From NCBI GenBank assembly GCA_045106415.1, contig JBGCEP010000051.1:1-53566 (forward strand): a DNA stretch of 53,566 bases. The letters run 5' to 3'. Both the position numbers and the translations under genes were made by a program. Source of the stretch: Oligoflexales bacterium. GTDB taxonomy: Bacteria; Bdellovibrionota_B; Oligoflexia; Oligoflexales; Bog-1112. The notes beneath the pieces were generated by a model, which worked only from the letters and a program-made list of their open reading frames with translations, ran no database searches and was not told the DNA's origin. Shown here one piece after another: positions 29,521-38,856 of this stretch; within the stretch, counting starts at the first letter, position 1, and the number at the start of each line of letters is the position of its first letter.

Positions 29521-31074
29521 TTACTGGCAGAAAGGAAGAGTGGGTTGAACTTGGCAAAGAATCACACAGAGCATAGGATTCTTAAGCGGGCACTCTTCAG
29601 CTTGTGAACGGACTCCGATGAGAATTGGATGACTTTGAGCGACTGTGCCATCAGCATCAGTGACAGTAACGGTGACTTCACCTTCTGCCTTCGCAGTCAA
29701 GACACCTTCAGGAGTCACTTCAGCGACATCAGATGAGTCGACTTTAAATTGAAAACCTTCGTTAGCACCACCTGCTGCAGTGAAATCAAGAGTGTTGCCT
29801 GGGGCAACAAAACCAGTATTAGGAATGACGACGAGCTTTCTTTCATCTGTTGCTTTGACGGCAGCTTCTGCGTCAATGCGGCAAGCACATGCTGTTTCAA
29901 TTTTTGAAACAGAAGCACTTGTTTGCATGAGTGCTTTCACATGTTCAGGAGAAAGAGTGTCTCCATTTTTCATAGCTTTAGCAACAACCAGTGCTGCAAG
30001 TCCTGCGGCTGCTGGAGTTGCCATTGATGTTCCTGAAAGTTTTCCGATTTTATTTCCAGGTAGCGTTGATAGAATATCAGCGCCTGGTGATGCAAGGTCA
30101 ACTGTCGCACGGCCAAAATTTGACCATGAAGGCTTGTTGTCATCAACATCGGACGCTGCAACACTAATGACATTGCTGAGCCCTGCGTTTGCTGGATAAA
30201 CTTCTCTTCGGTCGTTTGAGCGGCCATCATTTGCAGCGGCAGCAACAAACAACACGCCTTTGTCTTTAGCTCGCTCTATTGCTTCAAGGATTGGTTTAAC
30301 AGCGTTGCGAGCAACTGCTGCACCCCAGCTTGCGCTAATGACGTGTGCGCCGTTTTGTACAGCGTAATCAATCGCTTTTGCGCCATTTAGAAGATCACCA
30401 GAGCCATCAGCACCTAGAAAGCGGATAGGCATAAGGGTTGTGTTTTGAGCGACTCCAGAAATGTCTAAGCCATTGTCACCAGTTGCTCCTACAATCCCTG
30501 CACAGTGAGTCCCGTGTCCCGGGTTTCGGTCAGAAGTTTCGTCCATAGGGTCGTTGTCGTTTCCGAAAAAATCCCAGCCGCGGACATCATCGACAAAACC
30601 ATTTTGATCATCGTCTTTGCCATTTCCAGCGATTTCTTTCGTGTTTGTCCAAATTTGACCTTTAAGGTCCCGGTGTTTCCAGTCGATCCCAGTGTCAATC
30701 ACAGCGACAACAACATCGGCGCTACCTTTTTCGTGTTCCCATGCTTTTGAAGCGTTGATTTTTTTGAGCGCCCACTGGTTTGCGTACTCCGGGTCGTTCG
30801 GCTCACCAAACATATGCATTTTGATATTTGGCACAATGTACTCAATGTCAGAAGACTTTTTGAGCTGGTTGAGACGAAGTTCTTTTTGTTGATTGTCGTC
30901 ACTCAAAGAAACTTGAATCAAACGTCCTGTCGTATGCGTCCCGGTGACTTCGCCTTCAGCAAAAAGTCCATGAAGTGAGCTAGGCTGTGTGTGAGCCTTG
31001 TACTTCACGATGTAATCAGCTCCGTAGCTAGGTAGAGCACACGCTATACCAAGTACAAATCTTAATAGAATCAT
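29521..31074 (-). CDS. Secreted subtilisin-like S8 serine protease with C-terminal Ig-like domain
   Basis: Catalytic triad VAVIDTG / HGTHCAG / GTSMATP; signal peptide and prodomain; Big_2-like VAEVTPEGVLTAKAEGEVTVT; Cys-rich tail; AGGAGG RBS. Confidence 0.95.
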   Translation of the reverse strand: MILLRFVLGIACALPSYGADYIVKYKAHTQPSSLHGLFAEGEVTGTHTTGRLIQVSLSDDNQQKELRLNQLKKSSDIEYIVPNIKMHMFGEPNDPEYANQWALKKINASKAWEHEKGSADVVVAVIDTGIDWKHRDLKGQIWTNTKEIAGNGKDDDQNGFVDDVRGWDFFGNDNDPMDETSDRNPGHGTHCAGIVGATGDNGLDISGVAQNTTLMPIRFLGADGSGDLLNGAKAIDYAVQNGAHVISASWGAAVARNAVKPILEAIERAKDKGVLFVAAAANDGRSNDRREVYPANAGLSNVISVAASDVDDNKPSWSNFGRATVDLASPGADILSTLPGNKIGKLSGTSMATPAAAGLAALVVAKAMKNGDTLSPEHVKALMQTSASVSKIETACACRIDAEAAVKATDERKLVVIPNTGFVAPGNTLDFTAAGGANEGFQFKVDSSDVAEVTPEGVLTAKAEGEVTVTVTDADGTVAQSHPILIGVRSQAEECPLKNPMLCVILCQVQPTLPFCQ

Positions 31075-31279
31075 ATTTCCTCCTGTGTGTCTTACTAATC
31101 TTCATTCTAGCATGAGGGTTTGTCCGCACGGCCAGTTCTTTCACGAGGCTTGCTGTAGTAGCTTTTAATGTTGTTAAAATGGAAGCTTTTTACCTAGTGG
31201 GATGTCTGCTCACAGGAAGAATTCTTCAGAAGAAACAGTGAACAGAATTTGGGTTTTTTGCTGAAAAGGCTGGTGCCTT

Positions 31280-31957
31280 TTATTTTTTAATCCACCCAGA
31301 CTGCAGAGTGCCGTGATAATGAACACAAGGATATACCCCTGTATCTTGAAGCAGGATGGTTCCTGGTGAGAGAACAGAATTACATCCGGTTTGTGCTCTA
31401 TCGGCTAGGATGGCCCCAAACTTTCTGAGGCCTGAAGGTAAGCGTTGCATTGTTTTAGGGTGAAAGAAAGGGACTGTGTCTTTTTTCAGGCGTAGGTTCG
31501 CAAGTCGTGTTCCTGCGCCAAGGTTGCAGTGCTGCCCTAGAATTGAATCGCCCAAATAAGCAAAGTGAGCTGCGCTCGCTCTATCGAGCAAGACAGAGCC
31601 TTTGGCTTCTGAGGCGTGTCCGAGTATAGAGTTTTTTCCCATGTAGACACCGCCTCGGATATAAGCGCCGTGACGAACTGTTGCACCAGGCCCAATGAAG
31701 GATGGGCCTTGAATCATTGCTGTTGGCTCAACTGTTGCGGATTCAGAAATATAAACACGACCTTGAATTGTTGCGCTATCAGCGATGTTGCCGAGAAGGG
31801 TCCCGTTTTTAGGAACGTCAAATTTATCAAGAATTTTATGAATCCAGCTGAGGAGATTTTCTCCCAGGAGATCAAAAGTGTTGTCAGGGTAGATGTCGTG
31901 AAGGTAAAGATCTTCAAGGTTTGTCAGAGTCTCTAGTGGGATATGAACAGCAGACAT
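31280..31957 (-). CDS. Hexapeptide-repeat (left-handed beta-helix) acyltransferase, similar to the C-terminal domain of archaeal-type GlmU
   Basis: IQGPSFIGPGATVRHGAYIRG, AHFAYLGDSILG, NLGAGTRLAN, GLRKFGAILAD, GCNSVLSPGT. Confidence 0.85.
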   Translation of the reverse strand: MSAVHIPLETLTNLEDLYLHDIYPDNTFDLLGENLLSWIHKILDKFDVPKNGTLLGNIADSATIQGRVYISESATVEPTAMIQGPSFIGPGATVRHGAYIRGGVYMGKNSILGHASEAKGSVLLDRASAAHFAYLGDSILGQHCNLGAGTRLANLRLKKDTVPFFHPKTMQRLPSGLRKFGAILADRAQTGCNSVLSPGTILLQDTGVYPCVHYHGTLQSGWIKK

Positions 31958-31978
31958 AACGGAGGTCCTTCTTGTAGC

Positions 31979-32005
31979 TCAAGCACAGGCCAACTTTACC
32001 GATAA
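31979..32005 (+). promoter_or_regulatory. sigma28 (FliA)-type promoter
   Basis: TCAAG-N14-ACCGATAA, 50 nt upstream of ORF 32055. Confidence 0.7.
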
Positions 32006-32054
32006 TGTAAAGGTATGTCTAGAGCCGACTGACGATAACAATTGGGTTTTATCA

Positions 32055-32279
32055 ATGTTTCATGTCAATGAATTTAAAAGAAATATGAAGTCTTGGGCGC
32101 GTGAGCACCCAGAGGGTAATGAAGAACAGTTTATGGACTATTGTGATAGTCAGGTTGATCCTGAGTATTATGCAACTCATGGTTGGCTGCTAGAGCAGGC
32201 TAGAAGTTGGTTTCGGTATGTTGAATCGTGCCGAAAAACATACGATGATCCTCACCATGACGATGAAAATATGTCTTAA
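32055..32279 (+). CDS. Small hypothetical protein
   Basis: 74-aa helical ORF downstream of a sigma28 motif, filling the intergenic gap. Confidence 0.7.
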   Translation: MFHVNEFKRNMKSWAREHPEGNEEQFMDYCDSQVDPEYYATHGWLLEQARSWFRYVESCRKTYDDPHHDDENMS

Positions 32280-32578
32280 GTAACATGCTGACTTCTGTTC
32301 AAGTTTCGAATCCTTTCGAAGGCATATTCTTCAATCATATCTAATGCTTCTAGATCATCAAAACCTAAGTCTTTCATCCAGTCGACTTGTTGCATTTCAG
32401 GAAGTGGTGTGACCACTTCTTCCCCGTCTTCATTTTCATAAAGCTCGTATGCTTCAGTAATAAAAGCAGGTTTTTCTATTTTAAAATAATGGTAACCATC
32501 GCCATTGATGACAATGCCATCTCTAGAGTCTCCAGACCAACTCTCACGAGCGAAAACGTATTTTTCTTCAGTGCTCAT
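32276..32578 (-). CDS. Acidic hypothetical protein
   Basis: ATG at 32578 (MSTEEK) preceded by AGGAG; downstream of lepB. Confidence 0.75.
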   Translation of the reverse strand: MSTEEKYVFARESWSGDSRDGIVINGDGYHYFKIEKPAFITEAYELYENEDGEEVVTPLPEMQQVDWMKDLGFDDLEALDMIEEYAFERIRNLNRSQHVT

Positions 32579-32615
32579 ATGATTTTTTCTCCTTGTGTCT
32601 CTCGTGCATTCAGTT

Positions 32616-33416
32616 TTACATGGAATCGAGCCAACCACCAAAGCGGTTAAAACGAAACTTAAAGTCTAGCCAACTTTCTCCAGGAAAATAATGACTCCAC
32701 AGAACAAAGAGAGCTTTGCCACGTACGCTACTGACCGGAACCATCCCCCAAAAGCGAGAGTCGTAAGAATTATGTCTATTGTCACCCATTACAAAAACGT
32801 GTCCATGGGGGACAATCCACTGCTTGTGGCCCCAGTCCCCACTGGCTGCGTGTTGTGCAAAAGGATGTTTTCGAATCACCCAATGATGAAGACCAGAAAG
32901 GTTTTCTTTAAATAAACGAACGAGGGTCTTGTCTTCATCAATGTCGTCTAGAATTGTTCTGTCAAAATTATGGTCTTGCTGTTCTTGAGCTGTGCCGTTG
33001 ATGTAAACAATATCATTGCGAATTTTAATCGTGTCACCGGCGACGCCAACGACTCTTTTGACGTAGTCGATGCTTTTATCTTGAGGAAAAGGAAAGACTA
33101 TAATATCGCCCCGTTCAGGTCCTCCCCAGCTTGCAAGTGCGATTTCTGTAAATGGGACTCGTAAGTTGTATGAGAGTTTGAATGCTAAAAGTCGATCACC
33201 AACTTTGATTGTTGGTTCCATGGAAGGGGTGGGCACCACATAGGGCGACATGATTGAAGAACGGAAAGCTAAAACTGCTAAGATAAGAATAGAGAGTGAT
33301 TTCAGGTTTTCATAACTGAAAAAACCTGGTTTTTCTTCTGTTATTTCAAAATGATCTTGTTGTGGATGGTTTTTGCTTTCTATGCTTTTATCTTCTTCGT
33401 TCGAGTGCGATGACAT
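32616..33416 (-). CDS. lepB: Signal peptidase I
   Basis: TM segment, VPTPSMEPTIKVGD (catalytic Ser), RGDIIVF, YVKRVVG (catalytic Lys), FVMGDNRHNSYDSRFWG. ATG at 33416 with AGGAG RBS. Confidence 0.95.
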   Translation of the reverse strand: MSSHSNEEDKSIESKNHPQQDHFEITEEKPGFFSYENLKSLSILILAVLAFRSSIMSPYVVPTPSMEPTIKVGDRLLAFKLSYNLRVPFTEIALASWGGPERGDIIVFPFPQDKSIDYVKRVVGVAGDTIKIRNDIVYINGTAQEQQDHNFDRTILDDIDEDKTLVRLFKENLSGLHHWVIRKHPFAQHAASGDWGHKQWIVPHGHVFVMGDNRHNSYDSRFWGMVPVSSVRGKALFVLWSHYFPGESWLDFKFRFNRFGGWLDSM

Positions 33417-33813
33417 GAGTATGTGTCTCCTAGGCAAACTGGGCGCTCGAGATTTCTCGGCATTTCACCGATCATACCAATATGATTGCGTTTCATCTAG
33501 CAGAAAGCAAAATCAATTGAGAGAATTGCTAAAATTTTTGATTATAACCATTTTTTTTGTATCTTCGAACTCAGTGAGTGCAAGTTATACAGCGAATAGA
33601 GTTTGGTTTGAGTATCATGATGGTTTTTATCGAGTGATTGTGCATTACACTGTGCCTGAGCTCAAAGAGCTGAGGGAAGCGACGTTTGATGTTGTAGATA
33701 AGCGCAAGGCTGAGGTTTTTTATTTTTCTTTGCTGCGTGGTGCGCACTTCCAGCTATCATCGCCTGATCCTATTGGTTTCCGATCTCAAGAAAAAAAAGC
33801 TGATCCGTGGTGA
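33373..33813 (+). CDS. Small secreted hypothetical protein (true start probably near 33517)
   Basis: Signal-like LLKFLIITIFFVSSNSVSA followed by a globular-looking YTANRVWFE..YRVIVHYTVPELKELRE region. Confidence 0.6.
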   Translation: MLSMLLSSSFECDDMSMCLLGKLGARDFSAFHRSYQYDCVSSSRKQNQLRELLKFLIITIFFVSSNSVSASYTANRVWFEYHDGFYRVIVHYTVPELKELREATFDVVDKRKAEVFYFSLLRGAHFQLSSPDPIGFRSQEKKADPW

Positions 33814-33879
33814 TTTATGATGTGTTAAAAGGCAGTGTGATATTCAAGATATTGTAATCGTTTATTTATAGTCAAGTTA

Positions 33880-34205
33880 TCAGGGTGTCTCACATGAGGT
33901 GAAGTATGCTGTATTCGACCTGTGTCACTGATAACCAACGGCAAGTGGTGTCGCTATTTTTCAGTGTGTTTGGATATTCAGATGCTGGGTGCAAGCATTT
34001 TATCTGTTTGGTTGTAGGTGCGATCTCTCTATATTGCTGATAAAGTGGCGGGTTTCTGGGAGATCATTTGCATGCCTTTCTCTTCAGAGAAGGCTTGTAA
34101 GGAACTATGAAAAAGACTCTTGTCATCAAGAACCCATGAATTTTACTGAAAGTATAATGGTTGTTGCTATGAAAAAAATTTATCAATTGTCGTAAGAGAC
34201 CTTGA
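33880..34205 (+). pseudogene. Degraded, internally deleted IS5-family (IS1031/IS427-like) element
   Basis: GAGGTGA RBS and ATG at 33906 give MLYSTCVTDNQRQVV (like YPSDLTDxQW). Later KWRVSGRSFACLSLQRRLVRNYEK resembles RWxVERTFAWLxxxRRLxRDYE. Degenerate ends TCAGGGTGTCTC / GAGACCTTGA. Confidence 0.7.
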
Positions 34206-34225
34206 AAAACCCCGTCCTACATTCT

Positions 34226-35581
34226 CTAAGGTGCTTCGCACAAATCTTCTTGAACAGTTTGAAGAGGGGTCCATGGGATGAGATCTTTGCTCTTGATTTC
34301 TAGATGAGTTGGTGTGATATCAGGCTGATCGGGGCGAAAAGGGGTTAAAACAAGAGTCGTTTCCTCTTTCTTTATGATCGGGGTTTTGGGTGTTTCTTTT
34401 TGAACTTCAGAGGACTGTGGTTGTGAGGGTTCTGTTTCGGCAGTTTGGGCATCGGCTTCAGAAGCGTCAATGACTTTTTTGAGTTGAATGATCGCAATTG
34501 TGGTGAGCACAAACATAACTGGAAGACGGTATTTCTCCCATCGATCTTGAGCTCGAAACGCAATTTCTTGCCAAGGTCCGACTTTCCTTTTGTTAAACTC
34601 TTTTTGAAAAGAAGCGAGTTCTTCGGATTTTAAAAAGTGAATTTTTTTTGCTTGAAACCACTGCAAAGATAAAAGACGAGTTTTTTCATCTGCAAGGTCA
34701 TCGGCTTTACTTCTGACTCCTTGATGCTCAAAGTCTTGTGGTTTTATTTGTTTGTAGCGGTTTTCAATGTGTTCTAGTAGAGATAATATAGAATCTTTTC
34801 CCTTTTCATATTTAACGATATGGGATTGTTGCTTCAGGAATTTCCATTCTTTATGGTCAGCTTTCATTTGAGCCATCCATGATGAAATGTCTTTTTCACC
34901 TTGCGATATCGCTTTTTGATACCCGGAATCTTGTTCGTGATTAAGGTGTTTAATAGCAACTGCTTTTTGTAAGTTTACCTCAAGAGACTCTTGAATTTTA
35001 AGTTCAATATTTCCTATAAATTTATAAAAATTATCATCGTCATTTATTTTTTTTGTTGTTTCAAAATCAGTTATATTACTGAAATATTTTTCAGTATCTG
35101 TAATATGGATTTCACTCTCTTGAATTTTTTTATGAATATCATAGGACGTTGATTCTTTAATGAAGTTTTCAAACGTATAAGAAGGATCTTGAAATGTACT
35201 TTGTTTACTTTTGAGATGAGGTGAGGTTTGTTGAGAACCTTTTTTAGGTTTCGTTAGAGAAAGGTTTTGTTTTTCTAACCCTCTGGAAACATAGAAACTT
35301 ATTGTCCCTGAGAAAATAAACTCTTTTAAGATATCAGGTGTAGAAGCGTTATTTACTGGCATCACAACAATAGAGTCATAGGTGTTTATTTCTAGTGGAG
35401 TTTGATTGAGTGAAAAGTCATTTTGAATGAATTGTTGTTTGGCTAGGTATATAGATGAAAGATTCTTTTGACATTCATTATCAATTTTAACTTGGGGTAT
35501 TTCTGTTCGCGGTTTTCGGGGTTTGTTTTCAACACAGCAAGTCATGATAAATAAAGTTATAAAAGCTAAAAAACGAGTCAC
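34226..35581 (-). CDS. Hypothetical lipoprotein with a late hydrophobic helix
   Basis: Lipobox-like FIMTC-C; hydrophobic LPVMFVLTTIAII near the C-terminus; 4-bp overlap with the upstream gene. Confidence 0.75.
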   Translation of the reverse strand: MTRFLAFITLFIMTCCVENKPRKPRTEIPQVKIDNECQKNLSSIYLAKQQFIQNDFSLNQTPLEINTYDSIVVMPVNNASTPDILKEFIFSGTISFYVSRGLEKQNLSLTKPKKGSQQTSPHLKSKQSTFQDPSYTFENFIKESTSYDIHKKIQESEIHITDTEKYFSNITDFETTKKINDDDNFYKFIGNIELKIQESLEVNLQKAVAIKHLNHEQDSGYQKAISQGEKDISSWMAQMKADHKEWKFLKQQSHIVKYEKGKDSILSLLEHIENRYKQIKPQDFEHQGVRSKADDLADEKTRLLSLQWFQAKKIHFLKSEELASFQKEFNKRKVGPWQEIAFRAQDRWEKYRLPVMFVLTTIAIIQLKKVIDASEADAQTAETEPSQPQSSEVQKETPKTPIIKKEETTLVLTPFRPDQPDITPTHLEIKSKDLIPWTPLQTVQEDLCEAP

Positions 35582-37983
35582 GGAGTTGTCTCCAATCGGT
35601 TTTTTATACTCTCAAGTTGAGTGAGAATATGCAGTGATGGCAATGATTGATTGTATTGATTAAGAACTTTCTGAATATGCTTTTGTGCTAGAACAAATGT
35701 TCTTTTGGTATCAGGTGATGTAAATACTTCATCGGGAGCATCTTCTTTTAAAAGTAAATATCCTATTGTAGCGATTCCAACTAAAGATCCTGTTTTCAAT
35801 AGAACCATTCCTGTTTGATAAATTCTTGTCCAAATATAAGTGTTCAATAGATTTTGTGTTGATTTATGAGTTTCGCCTCCTGGATCAATGTGGACAGTGA
35901 CGATGGATTTAATAATATTATTAGAGATAGACTTCACAATATCTGGAGCTGTTCTTTTGTTTTTCACTAAAAAATAAAGTCGATCAACTGGAACACTTTT
36001 GTCAACAGCTTTAAATATTGACTTTTCTACGAAAGATCCTGTTTTTTCACTAATCCAAGAAGATTTTGAGTGAAACCAAGAGGGGATATTTTTATGAATT
36101 GAGTTAGGTGGACTCGCTGTCCAAATAACAGAATTTTCTGAAGGGGGAGATCCATTTGATTTTTCAAAGTCTTCTGCGAGTTTAATTCTATATTGATTTT
36201 GGTTAATCGCGTTTTGAATTGCATTCTGAACAATGTTTTTAATGATGACTCTCGTTTTTTCTTCAAAAAGACTTTTGTGGAGAGAATAAAGTTTTTTACC
36301 AAGAAAAGAAGTTGCTATATTAGCAAGTGTATCTTGTGGGATTTGTCGAAGAACTTCGTTGCTGAGAGATTGAATATTCTGCAGGGTTTGGATTTTTCGC
36401 TCAAAGCCTAGTTTGTTTTGGATTTGATAGGGATGATTTGGATCTTTATTTGGAAGAACAGCGTTTTCAACCACACGGGGGATAAAGCGTGTAAAGCTTG
36501 ATTTTAGAATGTGCCGAGATTGAAAGGATAGTTCAGAGTGGTCTGTTTTCATTAAACCTACGTCGAAGACTAGTGTTTTTAAAAGCTCAGTGATGTTTTT
36601 AGATCCTACAATAGCAATGTTTTCTATGTTTTCTTTTTGATCTGAATTTATTGTTCTTAGCCTTTTGTATTCGATGAGAGAAGCGAAACTTTGCCTTAAT
36701 TGATATTCAATTTTAGGAAGAATGCGATTTTTTGTTTCAAGATCATTCCAAGCAATGGCTTTTGAAAGTGTTTGTGTCAAACTTTGAGAAAAAGACCCTA
36801 CATTTTCAAGTGATTCTTGTGAACTTTGTGTTTCATTAGAGTGTTGTTCATAGGTGGTTTGTAAAAATTTTATCAATTTTATATGGTATTCAGAATCGGA
36901 TAACCCCTCACTTTTTAAAACTCTTAAAGGAGAATTGTTTTGCAGGCTCATATTTATAGCTTTTTGAATAGGCCCTTGGCTTAAATTTTGGAAAAGACTT
37001 TTTAGATCACTAGAAAAGACTTTTGAATCAAAGTTATGTTCTAAAATAGATAGAGTCCATGTTTTAAGAAAGGTTTCTATCGGTTCTTTAAAATCTTTAT
37101 TCTCGATGGGTTGTTGTTTGACAAATTGACGAGAAGCCCATTCTCGAATAGGGCCTAAGCCATAACTATGGCTGTAGGCAAAAGCCCATGCAGAGGCGCT
37201 TACTGCTGTAGCTTGAAAGGTGTTTGTTTGTACAAGGTATGATGAAGCCCTTGAAATAAGAGAAGGATTTTGAGGGATAGCGAGACTCTTGTTTTCATAT
37301 TGAGAGGTGATGTCGCCCAGACCTGTATTTTCTTGTGATGTTTGAGTGATCTCGTGATTACGGTAGGTAGGGTCTTGAGTTCTTGTCGCAGTATCGTTTC
37401 GGCTAGATGATTTATGATTTGTTAATAAAAATGAAAAATCTTCTCCTAAATCATCTGATCGGATGATCGATGCTAGATCGATGGCATCAATAAGAAAAAC
37501 ACGGCCAGGCAAGATATCGAGAAATTTTTTTGAGATGAGTGTAAGTGTAAGGTCAATAAAAGATGCTGACTCTTTTCTCTTGAATTCAATGTTTTTTTGT
37601 ATCTCTTTGCTAAAAAGAAGCATGTTTTTTGATCGGTTTTTTTGCTGAGCGCTTGTTGTGACCCATAATCCGCATGTATTTAAAGATTTACACCCACGTA
37701 TGCGTATATCAACATGACCGTTGTTTAAACCATAGAGAGTCCAGCTGGAAAGAGTTGTTGTGATGCTTTGACATTGGGCACCTTGTTGACAAGCCTCCAA
37801 TTCAACCCACTCGATGTCTGGGGATGTTGTCCACGAAATGAGTAGTGGTGCAGTCGGAGCATTGTGGTTTATTTGAATAGAAACTTTTTGAATAGGTCGA
37901 TAATTTTTTTTAGGACTTGATGTTGGCTGACAAGAGCCGATCCATAAAGAAAGAGTGATGATGATCGCGTAGTAAGCTTTCAA
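35578..37983 (-). CDS. Large hypothetical lipoprotein with N-terminal disulfide-bonded FN3/Ig-like module
   Basis: TTG start with GAGG RBS; lipobox WIGS-C; ISW..VELEACQQGAQC..LYGLNNG.VDIRIRGCKSLNTCGLW; two hydrophobic segments. Confidence 0.75.
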   Translation of the reverse strand: MKAYYAIIITLSLWIGSCQPTSSPKKNYRPIQKVSIQINHNAPTAPLLISWTTSPDIEWVELEACQQGAQCQSITTTLSSWTLYGLNNGHVDIRIRGCKSLNTCGLWVTTSAQQKNRSKNMLLFSKEIQKNIEFKRKESASFIDLTLTLISKKFLDILPGRVFLIDAIDLASIIRSDDLGEDFSFLLTNHKSSSRNDTATRTQDPTYRNHEITQTSQENTGLGDITSQYENKSLAIPQNPSLISRASSYLVQTNTFQATAVSASAWAFAYSHSYGLGPIREWASRQFVKQQPIENKDFKEPIETFLKTWTLSILEHNFDSKVFSSDLKSLFQNLSQGPIQKAINMSLQNNSPLRVLKSEGLSDSEYHIKLIKFLQTTYEQHSNETQSSQESLENVGSFSQSLTQTLSKAIAWNDLETKNRILPKIEYQLRQSFASLIEYKRLRTINSDQKENIENIAIVGSKNITELLKTLVFDVGLMKTDHSELSFQSRHILKSSFTRFIPRVVENAVLPNKDPNHPYQIQNKLGFERKIQTLQNIQSLSNEVLRQIPQDTLANIATSFLGKKLYSLHKSLFEEKTRVIIKNIVQNAIQNAINQNQYRIKLAEDFEKSNGSPPSENSVIWTASPPNSIHKNIPSWFHSKSSWISEKTGSFVEKSIFKAVDKSVPVDRLYFLVKNKRTAPDIVKSISNNIIKSIVTVHIDPGGETHKSTQNLLNTYIWTRIYQTGMVLLKTGSLVGIATIGYLLLKEDAPDEVFTSPDTKRTFVLAQKHIQKVLNQYNQSLPSLHILTQLESIKNRLETTP

Positions 37984-38013
37984 CGTGTCCTCAAGTTTGG
38001 GTGTTCTCTCTAA

Positions 38014-38040
38014 TTATCGGTAATGAAACGAATGAGATGA
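38014..38040 (-). promoter_or_regulatory. sigma28-type promoter of the lipoprotein pair
   Basis: TCATC-N14-ACCGATAA on the minus strand, 30 nt upstream of 37983. Confidence 0.5.
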
Positions 38041-38109
38041 ATATTTTTAACAGTTTATAGGCGGCTGGAATTTGATTTTTTCTTAAAAATAGAAAGGTAA
38101 GTCCTTAAA

Positions 38110-38856
38110 ATGGCAGAGACGAAGAGTCAAGATCTTGTGGAAAAAATCTCTCCTATTCTTTTTGCGTTAAGCTTAAACAGCTATGCTTTCTCTTTTACTT
38201 TACTGTCAGAATTAGGTGTTCAATCCTTGAACTCAACAACTGATTTGATTGTTTTTGCAGCGAGGGTTGCTATTGATTCTATGGCTGTGACAAGACTTTT
38301 TGCTTTAGGGATGCTAGTGATTTTTTCTATGTCATGTCTTTATGCAGCGATAAAGTTTGAATGGGAGATATCTTCTTTTTGGCAATGGTTCCAATCAAAA
38401 TTTTTATGGAAATTTGTAATTGGACTTCTTGCATTACTATCGTTTTTTTGCGTGATTTTTTCCGAGATCATAAGTTTTTCTGATTGGTGTTATGGGTTGT
38501 GCTTTTGGGTGGTTTATTCGCCAATATTTATTTGGTGTGTGAGAGTTTTTACGAGTGAAAAGCAATCTGTTATTAAAACTCAATGGATTGTCACTTTGGT
38601 TATTTCTTCGTTTATAGGCTCTGCTTATCTGGGGAGTTACGCGGCTCCTCAGTTTATTGTTTTTCCTGGTGTTATGCATCAAGAGACAGCAAAGTTATTT
38701 TTATGGGATGATACAGGAGGGACAAGTTATGTGGATTGCAATGAAGAAGCGCAAAGAGTTGAAGTGTGGAAAGGATCAAAAAATGAACCCTTATATTATT
38801 ACTATGTTGCAAACTCTGATATTTTGGACAGTGTCTGTGAGCGCAGTTTCCAATAA
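38110..38856 (+). CDS. Multi-pass membrane hypothetical protein
   Basis: About 5 hydrophobic segments plus a small soluble C-terminal domain with a Cys pair; AAAGG RBS. Confidence 0.75.
   Translation: MAETKSQDLVEKISPILFALSLNSYAFSFTLLSELGVQSLNSTTDLIVFAARVAIDSMAVTRLFALGMLVIFSMSCLYAAIKFEWEISSFWQWFQSKFLWKFVIGLLALLSFFCVIFSEIISFSDWCYGLCFWVVYSPIFIWCVRVFTSEKQSVIKTQWIVTLVISSFIGSAYLGSYAAPQFIVFPGVMHQETAKLFLWDDTGGTSYVDCNEEAQRVEVWKGSKNEPLYYYYVANSDILDSVCERSFQ

Noticed and set aside
33989..34195. 68-aa ORF as a functional gene
   Set aside because: It is a fragment of the decayed IS5-family transposase.
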